Positions 1 to 9,479 of a DNA stretch of 47,469 bases are shown here, in pieces. Position 1 is the first letter of the stretch. Each line of letters starts with the position of its first letter. A program made the translations under genes and the position numbers. The notes beneath the pieces were generated by a model, which saw only the letters and a list, made by a program, of their open reading frames with translations, searched no databases and was not told the origin of the DNA. The DNA comes from a virus (Duplodnaviria > Heunggongvirae > Uroviricota > Caudoviricetes): IMG/VR virus record IMGVR_UViG_2877274432_000010. The stretch is one strand, 5' to 3'.

Positions 1-436
1 ATGAAGCGTGAAGAAATCGCTGATCTGATGGCGTTTGTCGTCGTTGCAGAGGAGCGTAGCTTCACTCGCGCAGCAGCCCGCCTGAGCATGGTGCAGTCAG
101 CTTTAAGCCAGATAGTGCGCCGTATAGAAGAACGATTGGGATTGCGGCTTCTGACGCGAACCACGCGCAGCGTTGTACCCACTGAAGCGGGCGAGCATCT
201 TTTGTCTGTTCTTGGCCCTATATTGCATGACATAGATTCTGCCCTGACATCCCTGAGCGATCTGCAGAACCGCCCATCCGGGACAATACGTATTACTACT
301 GTAGAACATGCAGCAAAAACGATATTGTTACCAGCCATGCGCACATTCCTGAAATCGCATCCTGAAATTGATATTCAGCTTACCATTGATTATGGTTTGA
401 CCGATGTCGTTTCTGAACGTTTTGATGCAGGCGTCC
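1..436 (+). pseudogene. LysR-family transcriptional regulator, N-terminal fragment truncated by IS600
   Basis: N-terminal HTH-like sequence (ADLMAFVVVAEERSFTRAAARLSMVQSALSQ) typical of LysR regulators; reading frame runs into the IS600 terminal inverted repeat at 437 and the C-terminal substrate-binding half is absent. Confidence 0.7.
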
Positions 437-479
437 TGAGGTGTACTGGCAATAGCGGATACTACCATTTGTTCTTTTT

Positions 480-1298
480 TTAAGCAGCCATCTGATGATA
501 TTTTTCCCTGAAGGCTGCCGGGGAGATATTCCCCAGACGAGAGTGACGACGCTGACGATTGTAGAAAATCTCAATGTATTCCCGTATTACTGAGATGGCT
601 TCATCCCGGTTATTAAAACGATAGTGGCTCAGGCTCTCATTTTTCAGCGTTCCCCAGAAGCTTTCCATCGGAGCGTTGTCGTAACAGTTACCTTTACGCG
701 ACATTGATGTTTTCAGACCAGACTGCTCCTGTATGACCCGGTAATCGTATGCGCAGTACTGTGAACCTCGATCAGAGTGGTGGATTAGCCCGGCAGGTGG
801 GCGCTGGCTCCTGAGCGCCATAAACAGGGCTTTACCTGTCAGCTCTTTTGTCATGCGCTCTCCCATGGCGTAGCCGACAATTTCGCACGTATAAACATCT
901 TTGATGCCAGCGAGGTACAACCATCCCTCCTGTGTGGCAACATACGTCAGGTCCGCCACCCAGACCTGATTTGGTGCTGTAGGAGCGAACGTCTGGTTCA
1001 GCAGATTTGGCGCAACTGGCAGATTGTGGTTCGGGTTCGTAGTCGCTCTGAACTTGCGTTTCTGCTTACAGCGTAGCCTCAGCTCCTTACGAAGACGTGC
1101 CAGTCGGTCACGACCAACGATGATGCCATTCTCTGCCAGCTCCGTCTGGAGCCGCCGGGTTCCATATGTTTCGCGAGTGCGGATATGTGCCACCTTAATC
1201 TCCAGTTTTAGCCGCTCATCACTTTGTTTTCTGTCTGAGGGTTCATGCTGTACCCAGTTGTAATAACCGCTCCTGGATACACCAAATACCTGACACAT
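480..1298 (-). CDS. IS600 transposase OrfB (DDE integrase-like)
   Basis: 272-aa ORF, identical or near-identical in all IS600 copies in the window. Confidence 0.9.
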   Translation of the reverse strand: MCQVFGVSRSGYYNWVQHEPSDRKQSDERLKLEIKVAHIRTRETYGTRRLQTELAENGIIVGRDRLARLRKELRLRCKQKRKFRATTNPNHNLPVAPNLLNQTFAPTAPNQVWVADLTYVATQEGWLYLAGIKDVYTCEIVGYAMGERMTKELTGKALFMALRSQRPPAGLIHHSDRGSQYCAYDYRVIQEQSGLKTSMSRKGNCYDNAPMESFWGTLKNESLSHYRFNNRDEAISVIREYIEIFYNRQRRHSRLGNISPAAFREKYHQMAA

Positions 1299-1333
1299 CG
1301 CTTCAATGGGAAATTGTTGTCGCCATTGTTCGA

Positions 1334-1636
1334 TTAACGCGTATTTTTCAGCGACTCCTGTGCAAAATACGCTGTTGCTTTTTTTAATATATCTCGCTCA
1401 AGGCGAGCTTCATTTAACGCCTTACGCAGTTGCAGAATTTCAGATTCCAGTTCAGCCAGCGTGCGGGAACCAGGAGTACCGAGCCCTTTTCTGGCGGCGG
1501 TAACCCATTGTCCTAAAGTGCCTTCAGGAAGGGATAATCGGGAAGCGCCTTCACTGATTGAAAGTTGATTTTCAAGAACCGTTCTGACAGCTTCGGCTTT
1601 GAACTCTTTAGAGTAACGTTGGGTTTTTCTGCTCAT
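1334..1636 (-). CDS. IS600 OrfA (HTH DNA-binding)
   Basis: 100-aa [20 protein letters not shown]...; A-rich frameshift window at its 3' end. Confidence 0.9.
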   Translation of the reverse strand: MSRKTQRYSKEFKAEAVRTVLENQLSISEGASRLSLPEGTLGQWVTAARKGLGTPGSRTLAELESEILQLRKALNEARLERDILKKATAYFAQESLKNTR

Positions 1637-2163
1637 TATTAGCTCCTTCTGATGCCATTCTATTTCAGGAAGGAGTGTCCGTTAAACTCAGGCTACCTCA
1701 CTTATTCTAAGCAACCGGGTAGCATCATACGGGGCAATTATGGCCGCATTACCATACATGCAACTGTACATAGCTGATTACCTGGCTGACACCATGCATT
1801 TGTCAGCAGAGGAGCACGGCGCGTATTTGTTGCTGATGTTCAATTACTGGCAAACAGGAAAGCCAATACCCAAAAACAGGTTGGCAAAAATTGCCCGTCT
1901 GACTAACGAGCGATGGGTTGATGTTGAACCATCCTTGCGGGAGTTTTTTTGTGATAACGGCGACGAATGGATGCATCTTCGGATTGAGGAAGATCTGGCA
2001 TCTGTCAGAGAAAAATTAACCAAAAAATCAGCCGCAGGAAAAGCATCTGTTCAGGCCAGAAGAAGCAGAAAGGAAGCAGATGTTCAAACAAAACAAGAGA
2101 GAAATTTAACAGGTGTTCAAACAGATGTTGGAGTGGTGTTCGAACATGATGCTGGATTTGCCC

Positions 2164-3069
2164 TTATATTTCCAGACATCTGTTATCACTTAACCCATTA
2201 CAAGCCCGCTGCCGCAGATATTCCCGTGGCGAGCGATAACCCAGCGCACTATGCGGATGCCATTCGTTATAATGCTCGAACGCCTCTGCAAGGTTCTTTG
2301 CTGCCGTTAACCCGTCTGGTTTGGGCATGATACTGATGTAGTCACGCTTTATCGTTTTCACGAAGCTCTCTGCTATTCCGTTACTCTCCGGACTCCGCAC
2401 CGCCGTGTTCTTCGGTTCAAGTCCCAACATCCGGGCGAACTGGCGTGTTTCATTAGCCCGGTAGCATGAACCATTATCCGTCAGCCACTCCACTGGAGAC
2501 GACGGAAGATCGTTGCCGAAGCGGCGTTCCACCGCTCCCAGCATGACGTCCTGTACTGTTTCACTGTTGAAGCCGCCGGTAGTCACCGCCCAGTGCAGTG
2601 CCTCACGATCACAGCAGTCCAGCGCGAACGTGACACGCAGTCTCTCTCCGTTATCACAGCAGAACTCGAACCCGTCAGAGCACCATCGCTGATTGCTTTC
2701 TTTCACGGCCACTCTGCCTGTATGTGCCCGTTTCGATGGCGGTACAGCAGGTTTTCGCTCAAGCAACAGCGCATTCTGGCGCATGAGCCGGTAAACACGT
2801 TTGGCATTGATCGCAGGCATACCATCAAGTTCTGCCTGTCTGCGAAGCAGCGCCCATACCCGACGATAACCATACGTGGGCAGCTCTCCGATAACATGGT
2901 GTATACGGAGAAGCACATCCGTATCATCAGTGTGACGACTGCGGCGGCCATCCATCCAGTCATCGGTTCGTCTGAGAATGACGTGCAACTGCGCACGCGA
3001 CACCCGGAGACAACGGCTGACTAAGCTTACTCCCCATCCCCGGGCAATAAGGGCGCGTGCGCTATCCAC
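2164..3069 (-). CDS. insD: IS2 transposase InsD (OrfB)
   Basis: 301-aa ORF recognised as IS2 OrfB. Confidence 0.9.
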
Positions 3070-3392
3070 TTTTTTGCCCGTCCATATTCAACGGCTTCTT
3101 TGAGGAGTTCATTTTCCATCGTTTTCTTGCCGAGCAGGCGCTGGAGTTCTTTAATCTGCTTCATGGCGGCAGCAAGTTCAGAGGCAGGAACAACCTGTTC
3201 TCCGGCGGCCACAGCAGTAAGACTTCCTTCCTGGTATTGCTTACGCCAGAGAAATAGCTGGCTGGCTGCTACACCATGTTGCCGGGCAACGAGGGAGACC
3301 GTCATCCCCGGTTCAAAGCTCTGCTGAACAATTGCGATCTTTTCCTGTGTGGTACGCCGTCTGCGTTTCTCCGGCCCTAAGACATCAATCAT
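3027..3392 (-). CDS. insC: IS2 InsC (OrfA)
   Basis: 121 aa from [18 protein letters not shown]...; the six-frame ORF extends upstream but the canonical start is this Met. Confidence 0.85.
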
Positions 3393-4230
3393 CTGTTCTC
3401 CAATGACTAGTCTAAAAACTAGTATTAAGACTATCACTTAAATAAGTGATACTGGTTGTCTGGAGATTCAGGGGGCCAGTCTAGATGCCAACACAAAGGC
3501 AACTAATAAAGATACAGATAAAGATCTAAAAACAGATCTAACCCATCCCAAACCCTTCCCTTCCGGAAGGGAGTTTCGGGATTTTGTGGCTGGAGTGCTT
3601 GAGGGGAGATTATCTGGCGGTACTGCAGCGGAATTTTGTAATTCTGCGGTGGTTGCGTTGCAGGCTGCTGGCCTGGATGTCTGTCGTGAGTATCCGGTGC
3701 CAGAGCGTGGTGACGGTTGCGGAGGGCGGATTGATATCGTCGTGACTGACAGGAACGGTGTCCGGTGTGGGATCGAGCTTGACCGAAATTCTCCGCGACA
3801 GAAATCACTGCTCAAAATCGGTGCTGTTGAAACCGGGATATGTGTCTTGCGGCGCAGTGATATCGCAAGGCACACCGAGCAGGGAATTCTGGTTATCGGT
3901 GGGGCTGTTCGCCAGAAAAAATTTGACCCGTTGTCAGTTGATCTGCCCGACTGGTTGTCAGAAACACTCTGGCATGAGTGGGTCCAGTTCAGGCAGGCAT
4001 TGCGAAAACCGATTCGAACGGAGCTGGGCGCTAACGGGGCGATACGGGAACTGGAAAAATTCCGTCAGCAGGGTTTTACACCTGAGCAGGTGATTCGACA
4101 CAGCATCGCCAATGAATACCAGGGTCTGTTCGCGCCGAAAGGTGTTCGGCCTGAGACGTTGCTCCGACAGGTTAACACCGTCTCGTTGCCGGACAGTGCG
4201 ATCCCGCCAGGCTTCAGGGGGTAACAGACC

Positions 4231-4977
4231 ATGAAAAATATTGCGACAGGAGGCGTTCTGGAGCGTATCCGCAGACTGACCCCACCACATGTAACCGCCC
4301 CATTCAGAACGGTTGCGGAGTGGCGCGAGTGGCAACTTGCTGAAGGCCAGAAACGTTGCGAGGAGATCAACCGCCTGAATCGTCAGTTGCGGGTGGAAAA
4401 AATCCTGAACCGCTCCGGCATCCAGCCGTTGCACCGGAAGTGTTCGTTTGCGAATTACCGGGCGCAGAACGACGGTCAGCGACATGCACTGAGTCAGGCG
4501 AAATCCATAGCTGACGAACTGATGACAGGCTGTACGAATTTTGTGTTCAGCGGTAAGCCCGGCACCGGAAAAAATCATCTTGCAGCCGCGATTGGCAACC
4601 GGCTGATGGCGAAGGGGCGTAGCGTGATTATCGTCACCGTGTCCGATGTCATGAGCGTGTTGCATGAGAGCTACGACAACGGCAAATCCGGTGAAAAATT
4701 TTTACAGGAGCTTTGTGGTGTTGACCTGCTGGTCCTGGATGAAATTGGCATGCAGCGGGATACGAAAAACGAGCAGGTGGTACTGAACCAGATTGTTGAT
4801 CGCCGGACGGCATCGTTACGCGGTGTGGGGATGCTGACAAATATTAACCATGCAGCGATGAATACACTTCTCGGCGAGCGGGTGATGGATCGCATGGTCA
4901 TGAACGGCGGGCGCTGGGTGAATTTTAACTGGGAGAGCTGGCGTCCGAATGTTAGCCATTCGAGGGTTGTTAAGTAG
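4231..4977 (+). CDS. DnaC/IstB-like replication ATPase (helicase-loader homologue, YdaV-like)
   Basis: Walker A GKPGTGKNHLAAAIG and Walker B DLLVLDEIG; located directly downstream of the YdaU-like gene as in Rac-type prophage replication modules. Confidence 0.85.
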   Translation: MKNIATGGVLERIRRLTPPHVTAPFRTVAEWREWQLAEGQKRCEEINRLNRQLRVEKILNRSGIQPLHRKCSFANYRAQNDGQRHALSQAKSIADELMTGCTNFVFSGKPGTGKNHLAAAIGNRLMAKGRSVIIVTVSDVMSVLHESYDNGKSGEKFLQELCGVDLLVLDEIGMQRDTKNEQVVLNQIVDRRTASLRGVGMLTNINHAAMNTLLGERVMDRMVMNGGRWVNFNWESWRPNVSHSRVVK

Positions 4978-4991
4978 TTTCAGGAGGATTT

Positions 4992-5414
4992 ATGGCGAAA
5001 CCTTTTACTCCCGAACAGCGGGAAGAACTGAAGACGCGAATTGTGGAACTCGTGCATCAGGACGGTCGGGTCACGATTCGGCAGTTGTCCGATGAAACAG
5101 GTATCAGTCGTGCGTCTGTCGGTCGCTTATGCATAGAACTGGTCGCAAGTGGTGATGTATATAATTCTGGCTACGGCTTATTCCCGTCTGAACAGGCTCG
5201 CAAGGACTGGCAAAGCGCCCGCAAAAAACTCTCGAGAGTAAAGGTGAGGAAACCGGTTGTTGTTGATCCGGACCTTATCTGGTCATTACCTGACAGAGAA
5301 ATACGCCGCTACGACAGGCGCCTGAATATAATCTGTCGCGAGTGCCGGAAGAGCGAAGCTATGCAGCGTGTACTGGCTTTCTATCAGGGTAATTTTCAGG
5401 AGGCGATACTGTGA
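4992..5414 (+). CDS. Hypothetical phage protein with predicted HTH
   Basis: 140-aa ORF with RBS-like AGGAGG upstream; motif RQLSDETGISRASVGRL. Confidence 0.5.
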   Translation: MAKPFTPEQREELKTRIVELVHQDGRVTIRQLSDETGISRASVGRLCIELVASGDVYNSGYGLFPSEQARKDWQSARKKLSRVKVRKPVVVDPDLIWSLPDREIRRYDRRLNIICRECRKSEAMQRVLAFYQGNFQEAIL

Positions 5415-5828
5415 ATGAAATTAGCTATCAGGCTTCAATTACCGCTGGCATTCGCATCAAAGGAGAGGAGCATGGAAATAAAACCAGAAGATGAGTTAAG
5501 CAATATCGTTTTATTTCCGATAAAAGAGGATGACCCTCGTAATCAGGTTAATTTTCTTTATAAGCCATCGGAAAGACCATATTGCCATCACGCCTCTGTA
5601 CGGGTTGACGAAAAAGAGCGTCAGGTCCGCTGTAAAATCTGCGGTGCGGTTGTGGAGCCGTTTGACTGGATGCTCTCTGTGGCAAAAAGAGAAACCAGAC
5701 TGGCAGATGATGTAAGGCTATTGCGCCAGGAGGAACAGGAAAGGCGGAGAAATATAGAAAAGCTGATACAGATTGAGCGTAACGCGAAAGCGCGGATACG
5801 CAGGGCGACAAAATCCAGAACTGAATAA
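5415..5828 (+). CDS. Hypothetical phage protein (Cys-rich, Arg/Glu-rich C-terminus)
   Basis: 137-aa ORF overlapping the stop of the previous gene; true start may be the internal Met at 5472. Confidence 0.45.
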   Translation: MKLAIRLQLPLAFASKERSMEIKPEDELSNIVLFPIKEDDPRNQVNFLYKPSERPYCHHASVRVDEKERQVRCKICGAVVEPFDWMLSVAKRETRLADDVRLLRQEEQERRRNIEKLIQIERNAKARIRRATKSRTE

Positions 5829-5920
5829 TTAAATTTAGCACTGTTAAAAATTTAATCCTTAACCGGAGGGATTTCTGCACCCTCAAATCATCAGGAGACC
5901 GCCCGAAAGGGCGGTAATGA

Positions 5921-6139
5921 ATGGTTACATTATTTAGAAAAAAATATCCGCGAAAGAGTAGAACAACAGAATTCCTGTTTCTCATTCTGTTTATCGTGTT
6001 GATGACACCGATATCCCCGCAAATTTTTGTCTGGATAATCGGAAAAATAATTGAGCCAGTTATTGAATTGTATAACGACGTGGTATGGGCGTCATTCAAC
6101 ACACTGCACAATAAAATTAATCCGTATAAGGAAAGCTGA
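5921..6139 (+). CDS. Small hydrophobic hypothetical protein
   Basis: 72-aa ORF with a hydrophobic central segment (FLFLILFIVLMTPISPQIFVWIIG); coding status uncertain. Confidence 0.3.
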   Translation: MVTLFRKKYPRKSRTTEFLFLILFIVLMTPISPQIFVWIIGKIIEPVIELYNDVVWASFNTLHNKINPYKES

Positions 6140-6140
6140 T

Positions 6141-6506
6141 ATGGCACTGACGAAAAAACAACGTGCAGAACTGCGCATGAAGTTCGGTGGTCGCTGCGCT
6201 TATTGCGGCTGCGAACTTGGCGAAAAGTGGCATGCAGACCATGTAAAACCGGTCATTCGTTTTGATGGAAATATGCTTCACCAGGAACGTGACGATATAT
6301 CCAACATGGTACCAGAATGCCACCCATGCAATCTGCACAAGCATTGCAGTAGCCTGGAAGATTATCGACGAATTATCAGTGATGGTCGTCGTGAATTCCT
6401 TGCGTCCGGGAAAGGCAAAGCGCTGGTTCGTATGGGATTGGTTGAAATGAAATCTGACCCGGTTGTGTTCTGGTTTGAAATATATCAAGAAGGGGCTACG
6501 GCATGA
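6141..6506 (+). CDS. HNH endonuclease
   Basis: CAYCGC...WHADHVKP...NMVPEC..CNLHKH arrangement typical of HNH nucleases; start at ATG 6141 after AAGGAAAG. Confidence 0.7.
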   Translation: MALTKKQRAELRMKFGGRCAYCGCELGEKWHADHVKPVIRFDGNMLHQERDDISNMVPECHPCNLHKHCSSLEDYRRIISDGRREFLASGKGKALVRMGLVEMKSDPVVFWFEIYQEGATA

Positions 6507-7168
6507 CTACTATTACCAAAGAGCGACTGCAATGGCTGGCTAACATTTCTGGCCGCGATGATATTGACGATATAGACGGCGGTGAAATTCGTGAACTGGC
6601 GCTTATCGCTCTGGCATCACTGGAAGCAGAGCCTGTAGCGGAATGCATTGTTGAAGATGGGGGCATGTGTATTGATGGGTTCGGTGAGTATGTGGGTCAC
6701 TCGCTGCCTGATGGAATGCATGAGCTTTATGCTGCCCCGCGAATGCGACAACCTGATGGATGGAAAGCCGTAGCTGTAGCGTGGAAGGTGACGTTTACTC
6801 AAGTTGACCAGGAATCTAATACGTTCACTGCTATATATTTTTACAAAGCGGAAGTTGAGCGTTGGGTACGACTGCATAAAGCATGTGATTTTCGGGCAGA
6901 TATAACACCGCTTTACGCAGCGCCGGCAGTGCCGGTTGCAGTAAACGACGACATGGCTTACGCATTCCATCACGCACTGTCAGATTCATCGCTTGGCTCT
7001 GATGAAATCGAAGAAATTAAAACCGGTTTGCGTGCTGCCTTTGCCAACGTCACTATCCAACCAGAGCCGATAGTGCCGGATGAAATCGGGCCAAACGATA
7101 GTAATACGTTTGATTATGTTGATGGCTGGAACGCCTGCCGCGCTGCCATGCTTAAGGGAGATAAATAA
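6503..7168 (+). CDS. Hypothetical phage protein
   Basis: 221-aa ORF, start overlaps previous stop (ATGA coupling). Confidence 0.5.
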   Translation: MTTITKERLQWLANISGRDDIDDIDGGEIRELALIALASLEAEPVAECIVEDGGMCIDGFGEYVGHSLPDGMHELYAAPRMRQPDGWKAVAVAWKVTFTQVDQESNTFTAIYFYKAEVERWVRLHKACDFRADITPLYAAPAVPVAVNDDMAYAFHHALSDSSLGSDEIEEIKTGLRAAFANVTIQPEPIVPDEIGPNDSNTFDYVDGWNACRAAMLKGDK

Positions 7169-7533
7169 TGATTAATCGAACCAAACTGGAGCACATTCTC
7201 GAATATGCCAGGCAGCAGAAATGTATTGGGCAACTTTGTAAAATTCCACCAGGAGATATGGTTGAAATCGTGGAAATGGCCATGCGTAAGGCTGGCAACT
7301 CTCCGGTAACTCTGGCTGGCTGGATAAGCTGTAGTGATGCAGTTCCTGCTGAATATTGCGATGTGATTCTTCTCGATGATCTCGGGAATGTATTCCCCGG
7401 TTCCTGGGATAAGGTTTTTTGCCCCACTCGTGGCGGGAATAAGATGGCTTTTGTGGACAAAGACGGCGTTGAAGTAGAGAGCTCAACTCACTGGATGCCG
7501 CTACCGGAACCACCGCAGGAGGTGAATCAATGA
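7168..7533 (+). CDS. Hypothetical phage protein (nin-region type)
   Basis: 121-aa ORF, overlapping start/stop with neighbours. Confidence 0.5.
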   Translation: MINRTKLEHILEYARQQKCIGQLCKIPPGDMVEIVEMAMRKAGNSPVTLAGWISCSDAVPAEYCDVILLDDLGNVFPGSWDKVFCPTRGGNKMAFVDKDGVEVESSTHWMPLPEPPQEVNQ

Positions 7534-7613
7534 CCTGGCCTGAGGCATTCACCACGGTAGGAATTGCGATGGCGGTGGCGCTGGTGGTGTATTCGATTTG
7601 CCGTTGGGGTTAA
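7530..7613 (+). CDS. 27-aa small membrane peptide, translationally coupled
   Basis: ATG overlaps the upstream TGA (ATGA), preceded by AGGAGGTG; MTWPEAFTTVGIAMAVALVVYSICRWG is one hydrophobic helix; followed by a terminator. Confidence 0.45.
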   Translation: MTWPEAFTTVGIAMAVALVVYSICRWG

Positions 7614-7617
7614 CAAA

Positions 7618-7650
7618 CAAAAACCCCGGATTGATGGTCCGGGGTTTTTG
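7618..7650 (+). terminator. Rho-independent terminator
   Basis: CCCCGGA...TCCGGGG stem followed by TTTTT. Confidence 0.7.
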
Positions 7651-7987
7651 AAGGAAACAAAACAGAAACAGCAATTGCCGTTACCTGTTGTTACCATGGC
7701 AAGTAAACGTATCTCAGGCGAGCGCATTGCGCCGTTCTGACGCAGATAAATTAGCCTGGATAGAAGGTGCTGGCAATAAAAAATAGCGTTTTCTTATCGG
7801 TATCGGTAAGATTGCTGCGGGTGCTTGAGGCTGTCTGCCTCGGGCATGCCACTGTAAGGCAGACAGAGAAAAGCCCCAGTTAACATTACGCGTCCTGCAA
7901 GACGCTTAACATTAATCTGAGGCCCAATCTATGTCTCACAAATGTAGGTTAGCCTCTTACGTGCCGAAAGGCAAGGAGAAGCAGGCT

Positions 7988-8143
7988 ATGAAGCAGCAAA
8001 AGGCGATGTTAATCGCCCTGATCGTCATCTGTTTAACCGTCATAGTGACGGCACTGGTAACGAGGAAAGACCTCTGCGAGGTACGAATCCGAACCGGCCA
8101 GACGGAGGTCGCTGTCTTCACAGCTTACGAACCTGAGGAGTAA
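7988..8143 (+). CDS. hok: Hok/Gef-family type I toxin
   Basis: MKQQKAMLIALIVICLTVIVTALVTRKDLCEVRIRTGQTEVAVFTAYEPEE matches the Hok family (HokD/RelF-like); structured leader with long hairpins upstream. Confidence 0.85.
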   Translation: MKQQKAMLIALIVICLTVIVTALVTRKDLCEVRIRTGQTEVAVFTAYEPEE

Positions 8144-8210
8144 GAGACCAGGCGGGGGAGAAATCCCTCGCCACCTCTCATGTGTCAGGCATCCTCAACG
8201 CACCCGCACT

Positions 8211-8233
8211 AAACCCGCTTCGGCGGGTTTTTT
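8211..8233 (+). terminator. Rho-independent terminator after hok
   Basis: CCCGC-TTCG-GCGGG hairpin followed by TTTTTT. Confidence 0.7.
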
Positions 8234-8379
8234 GTTGCGTGCTGAATACGCAGGGTGAAAAATAACCATATATTTGATTATATACACAACAAAAAATAAA
8301 AGTCATTGTACTTGCACATTAAACAATCAAATATACGGCGTGAAATAAATATTTATCAGATTAATATTTTTGTCTCTAT

Positions 8380-8631
8380 GTGGATATAACCGTTTGTACT
8401 TATAAACCTGGGGGCATCGTGGAAAAAATAAAGAAACTATTTAGTAGCAAATACGCAGTCATACGTCGTGATGACCTGTCAGTTATAGTCGAAATGGATT
8501 ACTTCCCTGAAACCCCAAAATCAATAATGTATCGTAATGGTCGAAAGGCAATTTTTTTACCGATGAGGGTAAGTGACATTATGGGAAATGATAAACTGCT
8601 GGATGAATTGCGAGTCAGAGCATCCTGTTAG
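8380..8631 (+). CDS. Hypothetical protein (size and position like rem of Qin-type prophages)
   Basis: 83-aa ORF in AT-rich context downstream of hok; stop codon lies inside the IS1 target duplication. Confidence 0.4.
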   Translation: MDITVCTYKPGGIVEKIKKLFSSKYAVIRRDDLSVIVEMDYFPETPKSIMYRNGRKAIFLPMRVSDIMGNDKLLDELRVRASC

Positions 8632-8648
8632 TAGGTAATGACTCCAAC

Positions 8649-9152
8649 TTACTGATAGTGTTTTATGTTCAGATAATGCCCGATGACCTTGTCATGCAGC
8701 TCCACCGATTTTGAGAACGACAGTGACTTCCGTCCCAGCCTTGCCAGATGTTGTCTCAGATTCAGATTATGTCGCTCAATGCGCTGAGTGTAACGCTTGC
8801 TGATAACGTGCAGCTTTCCCTTCAGGCGTGATTCATACAGCGGCCAGCCATCCGTCATCCATACCACGACCTCAAAGGCCGACAGCAGGCTCAGAAGACG
8901 CTCCAGTGTGGCCAGAGTGCGTTCACCGAAGACGTGCGCCACAACCGTCCTCCGTATCCTGTCATACGCGTAAAACAGCCAGCGCTGACGTGATTTAGCA
9001 CCGACGTAGCCCCAATGTTCGTCCATTTCAGCGCAGACAATCACATCACTGCCCGGTTGTATGCGCGAGGTTACCGACTGCGGCCTGAGTTTTTTAAGTG
9101 ACGTAAAACCGTGTTGAGGCCAACGCCCATAATGCGTGCACTGGCGCGACAT
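8649..9152 (-). CDS. insB: IS1 InsB
   Basis: 167-aa ORF. Confidence 0.85.
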   Translation of the reverse strand: MSRQCTHYGRWPQHGFTSLKKLRPQSVTSRIQPGSDVIVCAEMDEHWGYVGAKSRQRWLFYAYDRIRRTVVAHVFGERTLATLERLLSLLSAFEVVVWMTDGWPLYESRLKGKLHVISKRYTQRIERHNLNLRQHLARLGRKSLSFSKSVELHDKVIGHYLNIKHYQ

Positions 9153-9346
9153 CCGACGCCATTCATGGCCATATCAATGATTTTCTGGTGCGTACCGGGC
9201 TGAGAGGCGGTGTAAGTGAACTGTAGTTGCCATGTTTTACGGCAATGAGAGCAGAGATAGCGCTGATGTCCGGCAGTGCTTTTGCCGTTACGCACCACGC
9301 CTTCAGTAGCGGAGCAGGAAGGACATCTGATGGAAATGGAAGCCAC
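9071..9346 (-). CDS. insA: IS1 InsA
   Basis: 91-aa [25 protein letters not shown]... Confidence 0.85.
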   Translation of the reverse strand: MASISIRCPSCSATEGVVRNGKSTAGHQRYLCSHCRKTWQLQFTYTASQPGTHQKIIDMAMNGVGCRASARIMGVGLNTVLRHLKNSGRSR

Positions 9347-9479
9347 GCAAGCACCTTAAAATCACCATCATACACTAAATCAGTAAGTTGGCAGCATTAC
9401 CCTGTTAGTATTGGCATTAATTCTGGTATACTACATAACGGGCTGAACACCCATTCTACTGCGCCAGCGGAGAACTACG

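Larger units (their letters stand above)
437..1700 (-). mobile_element. IS600 (IS3 family), copy 1, 1264 bp
   Basis: Ends TGAGGTGTACTGGCAATAGCGG (437) and revcomp of TGAGGTAGCCTGAGTTTAACGG (1700); contains orfA and orfB; flanking 3-bp sequences differ (no target duplication), suggesting a rearrangement junction. Confidence 0.9.
2153..3483 (-). mobile_element. IS2, copy 1, 1331 bp
   Basis: Terminal sequences TGGATTTGCCC... (2153) and ...GGGGGCCAGTCTA (3483); flanked by 5-bp direct repeat GATGC. Confidence 0.9.
1740..4224 (+). pseudogene. Phage replication protein (DUF1376 / YdaU-like) split by IS2 insertion
   Basis: N-terminal part 1740-2152 (MAALPYMQLYIADYLADT...), then IS2 at 2153-3483, then the same frame reopens at 3484 and runs to 4224; 5-bp target duplication GATGC at 2148-2152 and 3484-3488. 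Confidence 0.7.
8634..9401 (-). mobile_element. IS1, copy A, 768 bp
   Basis: IS1 terminal repeats GGTAATG... at both ends; 9-bp direct repeat CTGTTAGTA at 8625-8633 and 9402-9410. Confidence 0.9.

Noticed and set aside
1024-1503. ORFs 1024-1263 (+) and 1306-1503 (+) and their identical counterparts in every IS600 copy
   Set aside because: Antisense to the IS600 transposase genes and entirely contained within them; repeated only because the IS is repeated
2593-3327. ORFs on the plus strand inside IS2 (2593-3024, 3057-3257, 3100-3327) and the copies in IS2 at 37780-38514
   Set aside because: Antisense to insC/insD, no independent signals
3468-3875. Minus-strand ORFs 3468-3875 and 3503-3808 spanning the IS2 boundary
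   Set aside because: Overlap the reopened replication-gene frame on the opposite strand and start in junction sequence; low-complexity translations
7931-7987. In-frame N-terminal extension of hok (MSHKCRLASYVPKGKEKQA) as part of the toxin or as mok
   Set aside because: Hok proteins start at the MKQQKAML-type Met; in classical hok/sok loci mok is in a different frame; the extension is more likely leader sequence, though a Mok-like function is not excluded
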